A stretch of 64,000 nt of DNA from an uncultured Prevotellaceae bacterium (GTDB taxonomy: Bacteria; Bacteroidota; Bacteroidia; Bacteroidales; Bacteroidaceae): positions 16,373 to 80,372 of the forward strand of contig CACYJV010000002.1 of NCBI GenBank assembly GCA_902774815.1, given 5' to 3'. Shown here piece after piece: positions 8,455 to 16,479 of the stretch. The stretch's first letter is position 1. Every line of letters begins with the position of its first letter. The position numbers and the translations under genes were made by a program. The notes under the pieces were generated by a model. It searched no databases. It saw nothing but the letters and a program-made list of their open reading frames with translations, and was not told where the DNA came from.

Positions 8455-9075
8455 TTATTCGAATCTAACAACTGCCTTACGCGTGACGCGCCAGTCGGCA
8501 CCTTCGCGGGCAACAGCACCTTCTTCTTCGGTGATGATGTGGCGGGGCTGCTGCGACGTTGAGCCGATGATGCGGCACACGGGCTTCACAAAGGCCGAGA
8601 CGCTGATGGTGGCCGTAGCAATGGCATCGGGCGTGTCGAGGAGGATGAACGTGCCGTTCTGTCCGTCGGTCGTCGTCAGCTGATAGATGCTCTTGCCAAT
8701 CTGCTCGTGCAAGGATGCCTGTTGGAAGAGTCCGTCGGCCGAAGGAGCGGGCAGATAGAATACGGTGGGCTCCACACGATGGGGCTCGGGACGAGCGGCA
8801 GGCTGGGGTGTCGTCGCCAACTGGACGTCGGCCGACATGTTGATGCCCACGGGCTGAACTGAAGTAGCAGACTCCTGTGTCTGCCCGTCGACAGGATGCT
8901 CAGCTGCGACCGAGTCAGCGTTGTTGCGCTGGGAGGCTACGGTTTCCTCTAACTCAGTTATGCGGGCCTCCATGCGCCGGCACTTGCGTTCCAGATGCTC
9001 AAGGCGCTGAAAGAGTTCCTGCAGGTCCTGCTTAGGCAGGTTCTCGTCGTCTCGTTTATTTCCAAATAGGGCCAT
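8455..9075 (-). CDS. Coiled-coil protein (last tightly linked gene of the candidate operon)
   Basis: 206 aa. N-terminal heptad-like QDLQELFQRLEHLERKCRRMEARITELEETV, a low-complexity linker, then a globular C-terminus. Its start lies 16 nt after the stop of the 1157-aa gene. Confidence 0.65.
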   Translation of the reverse strand: MALFGNKRDDENLPKQDLQELFQRLEHLERKCRRMEARITELEETVASQRNNADSVAAEHPVDGQTQESATSVQPVGINMSADVQLATTPQPAARPEPHRVEPTVFYLPAPSADGLFQQASLHEQIGKSIYQLTTTDGQNGTFILLDTPDAIATATISVSAFVKPVCRIIGSTSQQPRHIITEEEGAVAREGADWRVTRKAVVRFE

Positions 9076-9091
9076 TATTAGTTGAGAGTGT

Positions 9092-12000
9092 TTAGAGATT
9101 CTCTATGAGGTTGTTGCGGATGCTTCCGATGATGGGATAGAAGAACACCGTGTCCTCGATGGGGTCGCTGCCATTCTTCTCGGAAAGGTCCTTGGTGGCA
9201 AACTGCCAGCCGTTCAGCAGATGGTGCTTCAGGTCCTTGTTCACCAACTCGCGGAACTTCTGCAGCGACCTGTTGTCGACCAGGAAACGGTCGGCCACAT
9301 GGATGTCGTCGCAGAGTTGACTGAAGAAGTCGTTGTACTGGCGTACGGCCTCTACTATCTGGTCGAGCACTTCTCCGCGCTCCATATCGTCGTAGTTGAG
9401 CGTCTGCTTCTCGATCATCGAGTAGTTGGACTTCACGTCGGAATCGAAGCCATCGAGCATGTTGTTCAGCTCGTCGACACTCTTACAGCCTGTGGCATCG
9501 CGCACCTGCATCAAGGCACCTCGGCAGGTGATCTGCTTGGGTTCCTTGCGCTCCATGACGACCGAGAAGCCGTCGGCATCGTAGTGCTCGCCGTAGACGC
9601 GCTCGAAGACGGCCTGTGAGATGAGGTCGAGGTCGCGCTTGGTGCCCACAATGTCGAGAACCTTCGAACCTGTGCCGCTGAACATCACGGAGCGGGGTTT
9701 GTCCAGATGGCGCTGCTTCATCATGCGGGCCACATAATATAATAATGTGACATAGAAGTAAATGAAGACTATCTTGCGCTGCGGATCTTCGTTGAGCCGC
9801 TGGTTGTAGCTGAACACATCGTTGCCGCCGACCACCTTGTTGTTCTGCACGGAGAAGAGGAAGGCGTTGATGTCCTCGCTCTTACGCTTCGAGGTGATGT
9901 CGTCGAGGATGCCGCTCAGTTCGCCGTACTTCTCGTCGTCGCCATCGAAGAGGCGCTTGAAGTAGTCGACGTACTTCACGACCATCGGGTTGCTGTCGCC
10001 CTGAGGCACCTCGGAGAAGCCGTCGCCAAACAGCACGTTGGCGGCAAAGCGGAACGAGGTGAGGATTGTGGGCTGCTTGGCGCCCGACTCAAAGACCACT
10101 ACGTCGCTGGAGCCGCCGCCGATGTCGATGCTGGCCACATTGGATGCCGAGCCTCTGAACTGGCTGGACGACTTGTAGAAGTAGTAAGGGGCCACCGACT
10201 CAGGCATCTGGATGAGGTTGGTGTCGGTCACGGGGATGCCGAAGACCTCGGTGAACGTCTTGGTCCACATCTCGCCCATCTTGCGGACGTTGCCGACCTT
10301 CATGGCCAGCGGATAGAACCAGACGAGGCGCGTCTTCGTCAGGTCGCCATTCTCGAGCAGAACCTTTGCCCGCATGAGCAGCGCCAGCTCGGTGAGATAA
10401 GACTTCACGCGCTTCGATGTGGCCATCTCGGTGGACCACTTCAGATTGGGCACGATGCGGTTGCCGTAGCCGATACTCTCCTTTTCGTAGATGAACGGGA
10501 TGTTGGCATCGGCCAAAGCCACGATGGTGTCGACATTCTCGGCATCGAGGCTTTCGGGCTCGCTGATGACGGTGCGCTGGGGGAATCCATAGTCCTGACC
10601 AATGGTCTTGGGCAGGAACTCTTGCTTCAGGATGACGTCGTAGAGCGGCTGACCACCGTTATAGAGTGTTGCCAGCAGGCGTTGCGCTGCTGCTGAGTCG
10701 AGGCAGAGCGGGCCCGGCATGTCGTTTTCCTTCATGAACTCGAGGTGGGTGTTCGTCGTACCGAAGTCGACCGAGAAGGTGAAGGCGTCGTGACCGGGAG
10801 CATAGGTGGCCCAACGGGGACAAATCATGCCCTCGACAGCACGATTGCCGCGATCGTCGGTCAGCGTCACGCCGATGTAGTCGAAGTCGTTGGTAAGCTT
10901 ATAGTACTGCGAACCTACGTGCTTCTGGGCCTTCACGCTGCGCTGACGCATCATCACTTCGTCGCCTGTGAGCTGCCGCTGGTAGCCGTTCTGGTAGAAG
11001 GACAGCGACAACTTGTACTCCATCAGCATGCCGAGACCGCGATCGACCAACTGTACGGAATACTGATTGGCCAGCGGTGTGCGTACGAAGGGGAAAATGC
11101 TCAGGGCAAAGGGTACCGTGAGGAAGTGGCCGCGATTATTGGCATAGTCGTAGCGCAGGTCATTGGTCGTAGCGGCAACATAGTTGCGCTCGAGCGTGAT
11201 GAATTTGCCCTGTTTCTGCACGGGAATGCGCAGAATGGCGCGAACGGTCTCGGTGGATCCATTCTGCGTGTGGATGAGTTCGAACTTGGGCTTTCCGGCA
11301 ATGGTGCCCCAGAGGTCAGCCACGTTGAAATATTTGAAGAACATGGGCTTCAGCGGCAGCACGAAGTCGCAGCTGTCGGTGTCGCGCGAACCCTTTGCCA
11401 GATTGCCGTTGAAGAAGCAATCACGGTCGAGTGTATAGTCGAGTTTGATAAGCGTTGGCTGGAAGAAATCATCGTCGGTCAGCCAGGGGTACTCGTGACT
11501 GGTGGCGGGAAGCACTCGCTTCTCGGGCGGCAGCTGATAGTCCTGCGGAGTGATGACGGTAGCATCGGTCCAAGGCGAGGTGATGTACTTGAACGGATCG
11601 GTCTGCGGTGCGTTCAGGTGGTTCTGCAACACCAGCGGCAGGACGTCGCCACAATCCTGACGCGAAGGAACAATCATGAAGTCACTTTCCTGAATGGCCT
11701 TCTGCACGTCCTCGGCCCGGGCCTGATAGAACGGCACGCCGAGCGCTTGTATGCCTTCGTCCATCTTCGCGAACGTCGTGTCGAGGAACGTCTTTGCGCG
11801 CTCAACGCTCTCGTAGTCGTAGGCGGCGGGATTGCCCACTTCCTTCAGGATCTCGTTCTGCAGCATCGGCGGCAGCAGGGGCAGCGTGCCAATGAGGTAG
11901 CTGTTTACTTCGCTGCAGCACTTCTTCAGCTCGGGATAAGCCGTAAACAAGGCGAAGATGTACTTCACGAACTTCTGATCACGCATATGGAGAGGACGCC

Positions 12001-12565
12001 AGAGGTCGAACAGGTTCACGTTCTGCTCGACGGGAATGGGGAAGCGGCCCGGCTGCGCATTGGGCGTAGCCATAAAGAGAGTGACGGGCGACGTCGAGCC
12101 AATCACCTGATTGCCGTAGACGAGGAAATAGAGGCGGTCCATACGGTCGAAGTTGAAGGCCTCCTTGTCCTGATCGAGAAACATCTCGATGGTCTCACCG
12201 AGCAGCTTGTGTTGGGGCGAATCCTTCAGCATCTGGAGCTGCGTGTCGCGGTTCCACTCGACGATGCGTAGCTGGTTGCGATGTTCGGCATAGTTGAAGA
12301 ACAGCTGAGCCACGTCGAGGGCATTGGAAACAAGCTTCTCGTCCATTGCCTCACCCTGCAGTCGGTCGTGCATAGCCAGACGCTTGAAGGCGTTCTTGAC
12401 GAGGTCCATCTGTGCAAACGGCGAGGGAATGGCCGTACGGGGCTGCTGAGAGAGTCCGCCATTAGGGTCGTCGATCATCTCGATTTCGTCGGCATTGTAC
12501 TGACTCGTCAAAGGAATCCATCCCTCACCCGTTGTCTTGTTGTTGTAGGATAGTATCTTGCTCAT
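9092..12565 (-). CDS. Giant protein: about 590-aa unknown N-terminal region fused to an actin/Hsp70-fold (ASKHA) ATPase-like domain
   Basis: Phosphate-1-like VDFGTTNT (nt 10748-10768), phosphate-2-like DIGGGSSD (nt 10103-10126) and adenosine-like MFSGTGSK (nt 9662-9682), in the canonical order and spacing for the ASKHA superfamily. Confidence 0.8.
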   Translation of the reverse strand: MSKILSYNNKTTGEGWIPLTSQYNADEIEMIDDPNGGLSQQPRTAIPSPFAQMDLVKNAFKRLAMHDRLQGEAMDEKLVSNALDVAQLFFNYAEHRNQLRIVEWNRDTQLQMLKDSPQHKLLGETIEMFLDQDKEAFNFDRMDRLYFLVYGNQVIGSTSPVTLFMATPNAQPGRFPIPVEQNVNLFDLWRPLHMRDQKFVKYIFALFTAYPELKKCCSEVNSYLIGTLPLLPPMLQNEILKEVGNPAAYDYESVERAKTFLDTTFAKMDEGIQALGVPFYQARAEDVQKAIQESDFMIVPSRQDCGDVLPLVLQNHLNAPQTDPFKYITSPWTDATVITPQDYQLPPEKRVLPATSHEYPWLTDDDFFQPTLIKLDYTLDRDCFFNGNLAKGSRDTDSCDFVLPLKPMFFKYFNVADLWGTIAGKPKFELIHTQNGSTETVRAILRIPVQKQGKFITLERNYVAATTNDLRYDYANNRGHFLTVPFALSIFPFVRTPLANQYSVQLVDRGLGMLMEYKLSLSFYQNGYQRQLTGDEVMMRQRSVKAQKHVGSQYYKLTNDFDYIGVTLTDDRGNRAVEGMICPRWATYAPGHDAFTFSVDFGTTNTHLEFMKENDMPGPLCLDSAAAQRLLATLYNGGQPLYDVILKQEFLPKTIGQDYGFPQRTVISEPESLDAENVDTIVALADANIPFIYEKESIGYGNRIVPNLKWSTEMATSKRVKSYLTELALLMRAKVLLENGDLTKTRLVWFYPLAMKVGNVRKMGEMWTKTFTEVFGIPVTDTNLIQMPESVAPYYFYKSSSQFRGSASNVASIDIGGGSSDVVVFESGAKQPTILTSFRFAANVLFGDGFSEVPQGDSNPMVVKYVDYFKRLFDGDDEKYGELSGILDDITSKRKSEDINAFLFSVQNNKVVGGNDVFSYNQRLNEDPQRKIVFIYFYVTLLYYVARMMKQRHLDKPRSVMFSGTGSKVLDIVGTKRDLDLISQAVFERVYGEHYDADGFSVVMERKEPKQITCRGALMQVRDATGCKSVDELNNMLDGFDSDVKSNYSMIEKQTLNYDDMERGEVLDQIVEAVRQYNDFFSQLCDDIHVADRFLVDNRSLQKFRELVNKDLKHHLLNGWQFATKDLSEKNGSDPIEDTVFFYPIIGSIRNNLIENL

Positions 12566-12595
12566 TACGTTTCAATTTACAATTCACAATTATTT

Positions 12596-14140
12596 CTACA
12601 CCACGCCCACATACTTTTCGTCAAGCAGTTTGTCGAGCGTCTCGTCAAGCAGATCGAGCAACTTCAGCGCTGTGCGATCGGTGCCGTACTTCTGTGTCTT
12701 CATGGCCTGCTGCGAAGCTTTGTTTAGCGAAGAGAGCACACTCTTGTAGTCGATGGTCGACTTCAGGAATCCCGTCTTCGGCGCAATGTCGGTCAGACAG
12801 TCGCTGAGCTTGGTGGTATCGAGGTTGAAGGGCACGAAGCTGCGCTGGTTCTGACGTAGTTCACGAAGCCACTGGCGATAGCTGACGAAGAAGTCGCTGG
12901 TCAGCGTGTTGAAGAACGACGTCGAGAGGAACGCGTTCGAAATCTCGGGCTTGTCTTGCGTATAGCCGCGCCCGATGTCCTGACGTAGCTGATTGGTGAT
13001 GTACATATAGGCCAGATGGAACTTTGCCATCTGACGATTGACGAGTGCCCGCGTGCTGACGCCAAAGTCTTTCAGCGAGAGCGTCTGCTTGTCCTGAGCC
13101 AGACCGAACTCCTTGTAGATGGGGTTCACGGCATTGCCGTCCTGTGTCTGCAGCTGCTCGTCGGGGATGGCGAGGAAGTCGAGCACGGAAAGGGCTCCGA
13201 CAAACTCAACAAGGTGAGCGTCGTTGCGCTGACCGTTGCCGCCCGGGTCGTTGAAGTAGGGGTTTGAGGGCACCTGATCGCCCAGATAGTAGCAGGCGTT
13301 AATCTTCGACAACGGCAGGTCGACGCCATTCTGGCGCAGGCCGGTGAGGTTGTCGTGATAATAAAACAAGGCCGACTTGGTCTTCGAGATGAAGTCGCCA
13401 CGCGAGATAGGGCTGTTGTCGTCCTGCTGCACGTTGAAGTAGGGCAATACGGTCAGTGCACCGATACGGGCATCGCGCAGGTCGCCACGATTGTTGATCT
13501 GTGCATTGCGGGCAGCATTGCGAATGTTCTTCACGATAATGGGGTAGCCTGCAGCACCTGTTCCACCGAAGATGCTCGACACGACGAAGACGCGGTCGGA
13601 CTTCTGGAACACGTTGGAGAACTGGCGGAATTCCTCAGAGTCCTTGAACTGGTTAAGGGCAACACTGCCGATGTTGGGCGAACCGACGAAGCCGATGTCC
13701 ATCTTCGTGTTCAGCTGATAGTCGCTGAACATCATGGAACACAGGGCCTGATTACCCGTATCAAGGGTTGAGTAGTTGATGAAGTCCTGAAACTTCTTCG
13801 ACTCAATGGCACCCATGTTGAAGAGAAACGTATCGCTGAGTTGTGAGCCGTTGGGCAGAATGTCGGCAAGGCTGCTGATCTTCACCGAGAAGAAGCCCTT
13901 CTTCACATCCACCTGCTCACCGTAGAGTTGTGTCCGAATCTGTTTATACCAGCGCATGAGGTTGTCCGTGCGCTTCAGGTCTTCATTGGCCTTGTGGGGA
14001 TCAACGACGATAGGAATAATCTCGAGCGGCATGGGTTGCCCCTGTTCATCAACGGGATGAACACCTGCAGCACACTGCATGATGAGTGGCCGCATCACAC
14101 GCGAGCCTGTTCCGCCTACAAGAAATAGAAATAATCGCAT
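12596..14140 (-). CDS. Tubulin/FtsZ-like GTPase candidate
   Basis: 514 aa. N-terminal LFLVGGTGSRV (T1-loop-like, nt 14102-14116) and SSIFGGTGAAGYP (nt 13547-13567), which resembles the tubulin signature GGGTG(S/T)G. No Walker A lysine. Confidence 0.6.
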   Translation of the reverse strand: MRLFLFLVGGTGSRVMRPLIMQCAAGVHPVDEQGQPMPLEIIPIVVDPHKANEDLKRTDNLMRWYKQIRTQLYGEQVDVKKGFFSVKISSLADILPNGSQLSDTFLFNMGAIESKKFQDFINYSTLDTGNQALCSMMFSDYQLNTKMDIGFVGSPNIGSVALNQFKDSEEFRQFSNVFQKSDRVFVVSSIFGGTGAAGYPIIVKNIRNAARNAQINNRGDLRDARIGALTVLPYFNVQQDDNSPISRGDFISKTKSALFYYHDNLTGLRQNGVDLPLSKINACYYLGDQVPSNPYFNDPGGNGQRNDAHLVEFVGALSVLDFLAIPDEQLQTQDGNAVNPIYKEFGLAQDKQTLSLKDFGVSTRALVNRQMAKFHLAYMYITNQLRQDIGRGYTQDKPEISNAFLSTSFFNTLTSDFFVSYRQWLRELRQNQRSFVPFNLDTTKLSDCLTDIAPKTGFLKSTIDYKSVLSSLNKASQQAMKTQKYGTDRTALKLLDLLDETLDKLLDEKYVGVV

Positions 14141-14189
14141 TTTCTGTTATGTTGTTTTACTCTGTTGCTTTGTGATGATTGTGGAGCTA

Positions 14190-14633
14190 CTACTCAGGAA
14201 TCGGCGTATGACGGCAGTTTGACGACCACCAGCGCATAGCGAACGAAGCCACCACGAAGAGTACGGCCTCGACGGCGAGGTCGACGACGCAGAATCCACC
14301 GAGCTGGGCGCTGAAGTCATAGCCCTCGGCCGTGAAGGCATTATTGCAGATGACGAATGAGGTAACTGGGGCAGCAACGCTGGCCACACCGAGTACGATA
14401 AGCCAGTGGAACCACCGCGAGAAGCTCACGGAGTTGACGACGTAATAATAGATAGCGGCCAAGCCCCAGGCGATGAGCACCGTCACCAGTGCTACGACGA
14501 AGTAGAGGTTTTGGTTGTACATCTCGTTCGAGAATTGGCGTTCGAAGTAGAGTGCCTCGAAAATCTTCGTGTTCAACACAAGGAACAGCAGCGAAATCAC
14601 TGCACCTGCAATCAGTAGAATTGAATTCTTCAT
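14190..14633 (-). CDS. Small integral membrane protein (about 4 TM helices)
   Basis: 147 aa with four hydrophobic segments. Gaps of 29 and 49 nt to the flanking operon genes. Confidence 0.7.
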   Translation of the reverse strand: MKNSILLIAGAVISLLFLVLNTKIFEALYFERQFSNEMYNQNLYFVVALVTVLIAWGLAAIYYYVVNSVSFSRWFHWLIVLGVASVAAPVTSFVICNNAFTAEGYDFSAQLGGFCVVDLAVEAVLFVVASFAMRWWSSNCRHTPIPE

Positions 14634-14662
14634 TTGTTTATTGTTTCAAAGGAGGTTTTTAC

Positions 14663-16165
14663 TTATGGTTTCAACTCAAGCTCAAGCTCGAAATAGTAGG
14701 GGTCGCCCTTCGAGTGCTTGCGGTAACTGTCGTAGATGCCCTGCAGGAGATACTTCAGACCGAAGGTGGTCTGGGCAAACGACGACGAAGTGAGGTTGGT
14801 GTCGTCGTCGCTCGACGATGCCTCGACCCATGCGGGCAGGTGGTTCATGAGCTTGATCTCCACTTCCTGACGATGCTTAATACCCTCGCTTTCGAGGACA
14901 AACAGGTGGGTTGCCTTTCCGAGACGCTTGCGTTCGGCAGGCGAAACTTCCTTCTGAGCGATGGGGCGAATCTCCTTGATCACGACGGGATCATCGCTCT
15001 CAACACGATAGTTCTCCACATTGGTCAGGTATTGCTCGTCGATGAGCATGCCGCTCAAGTCGACAGCCAGCGCCAGACGCAAGTCACCTGCATCACGATC
15101 AACCTCGACATTCTCGATGTCGCGAATCTGGTCGCCCTGCCCATGAACTGGGCGGAAGCGACCGCGTATCTGCTCGTTGTCGAGCAGCAGCGAGTAGTAA
15201 GGTTTATAGACACCGTCGGTCCCGAAAAGGTACATATCCTCATAGCCGCGCAGGTCGCTGAAACGGCTGAAGGGTACGTAGCTTTCGTCGCGAGTCAGCC
15301 GGGCCATGTTGCGGTTGGACCCTACAACGACGATGTAGTAGGGACGACGGCCGTTGTACTGCTGACCGCTGGTGGAGTTGTATACATAATAGGCACCATT
15401 GTAGGAGCCCTGCATCTTTACGACAAGCAGTCCCTTCTCCTTAACCTGACTCTTGAAAACGGCATTCGTCATACCCTGCGCCTCAGAGAAAACCTTCTGC
15501 GGGTTGACGCCGACCATTTGCTTGGTAGAGTAGATCATATCCGTCACGAGGATGGAGAGTTCGTCCTCACCCGTCTTGTCGAGCAGTTGCTTGAAGATGG
15601 CTTCGAAGTCGGTCGACGAGGCATCGCCGATGCCCTTGGTGGACTCGAAGATATTGGGATCGCTGATGAACTGCGAATAACCTTTCGGGTAGGCATTGAT
15701 TTCGGAGTTGACCACATAGATGCGGTTGTCGTCGCCAGTACCAGGCAGCTTGTTGAGCATGCCCACAATGGCGGCCTTGAACGAACCGTCACCACCTGCA
15801 GCATCGTAAGGAACCATCGAACCGGAGCGCTCCAAGTAGAAGTTTACGGCAAGCGTACGCCGGCCGGCCTGAATGTCAATCTTCTTAGGCGGTCGGCGAC
15901 CTTCAAAGAAGTCTTCGATGTACTCCTTCACCCCGTCGACATCGAGCTGGCCGTCTTTATAGAAGTCTGTGAAATGTGCCTTCTGGCCGTCGAGGTACTC
16001 AACGATCTGCTCCCACTCTTGTGCGTCAATCACTTCATCGCGATCGGCCACATCGAGCAACAGCCGATTCAGTTCTTTCTTCTCGCCGCCACCACAAGCA
16101 GTGATCAGCACCATTCCTATCAGGGCCAAAATAGTTGCTTTCAGCCTCATCGTTTTCATCTTCAT
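14663..16165 (-). CDS. vWA-domain lipoprotein
   Basis: Lipoprotein signal with lipobox LITAC (Cys24). vWA-like core NFYLERSGSM (MIDAS-like E-R-S-G-S, nt 15818-15832) ... GDASSTDF ... LSILVTDMIYS. Confidence 0.7.
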   Translation of the reverse strand: MKMKTMRLKATILALIGMVLITACGGGEKKELNRLLLDVADRDEVIDAQEWEQIVEYLDGQKAHFTDFYKDGQLDVDGVKEYIEDFFEGRRPPKKIDIQAGRRTLAVNFYLERSGSMVPYDAAGGDGSFKAAIVGMLNKLPGTGDDNRIYVVNSEINAYPKGYSQFISDPNIFESTKGIGDASSTDFEAIFKQLLDKTGEDELSILVTDMIYSTKQMVGVNPQKVFSEAQGMTNAVFKSQVKEKGLLVVKMQGSYNGAYYVYNSTSGQQYNGRRPYYIVVVGSNRNMARLTRDESYVPFSRFSDLRGYEDMYLFGTDGVYKPYYSLLLDNEQIRGRFRPVHGQGDQIRDIENVEVDRDAGDLRLALAVDLSGMLIDEQYLTNVENYRVESDDPVVIKEIRPIAQKEVSPAERKRLGKATHLFVLESEGIKHRQEVEIKLMNHLPAWVEASSSDDDTNLTSSSFAQTTFGLKYLLQGIYDSYRKHSKGDPYYFELELELKP

Positions 16166-16259
16166 TTGTTGTTTGAGTGTTTATGTTCTGACGTCTCGCA
16201 CGGCAGGAAAGTTGCAGCAAAAACAGCTTTCGCGTGCGCACCTACGAATTAAAAACGTG

Positions 16260-16267
16260 CAAAATTA
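16260..16267 (-). promoter_or_regulatory. Candidate -7 box TAATTTTG upstream of the vWA/tubulin-like/ASKHA operon
   Basis: Plus-strand caaaatta. It lies about 95 nt upstream of ATG 16165. No clear -33 element. Confidence 0.35.
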
Positions 16268-16479
16268 CAAATAAAAATCCGAAAAACGGCCAATCGTGTG
16301 GCATTATTCAGAGTTTTTAAGATTTCAAAAACGATGCGGCAGAGACCTCTTTACCTGATTATTTCAAACTATTACACCCCACAACGGCGCAATAATTGGC
16401 AGTTGATGCGGCACCAAGGCATAAGACTTCTCAATAATCCTATGCTATTGAAGTTCATTGACACATCTCGACTATCAAG

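Noticed and set aside
10745-12271. Long plus-strand ORF (508 aa) antisense to the giant ASKHA gene. Similar shadow ORFs occur at 2053-3237, 6265-7341, 14489-16252, 29523-30665, 38664-39647, 40212-41012, 43507-44322, 49628-50416, 52282-53091, 56492-58387 and 58850-59815.
   Set aside because: All lie fully inside, and antisense to, ORFs with clear family motifs. Their translations are His/Arg/Gly/Val-rich low-information sequences, typical of antisense frames in GC-rich third-position coding DNA.
9092-12565. Could this be DnaK/HscA or MreB/FtsA?
   Set aside because: It is 1157 aa with a ~590-aa unrelated N-terminal region, no Hsp70 substrate-binding domain signature, and motifs that are only family-level similar. 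It is not a canonical chaperone or cytoskeletal gene.
12596-14140. Could this be the housekeeping FtsZ?
   Set aside because: There is no ftsQ/ftsA/dcw context. The signature is GGTGAAG rather than GGGTGTG, the inter-loop spacing is much longer, and the length and C-terminus are unlike FtsZ. I treat it as a divergent paralogous family.
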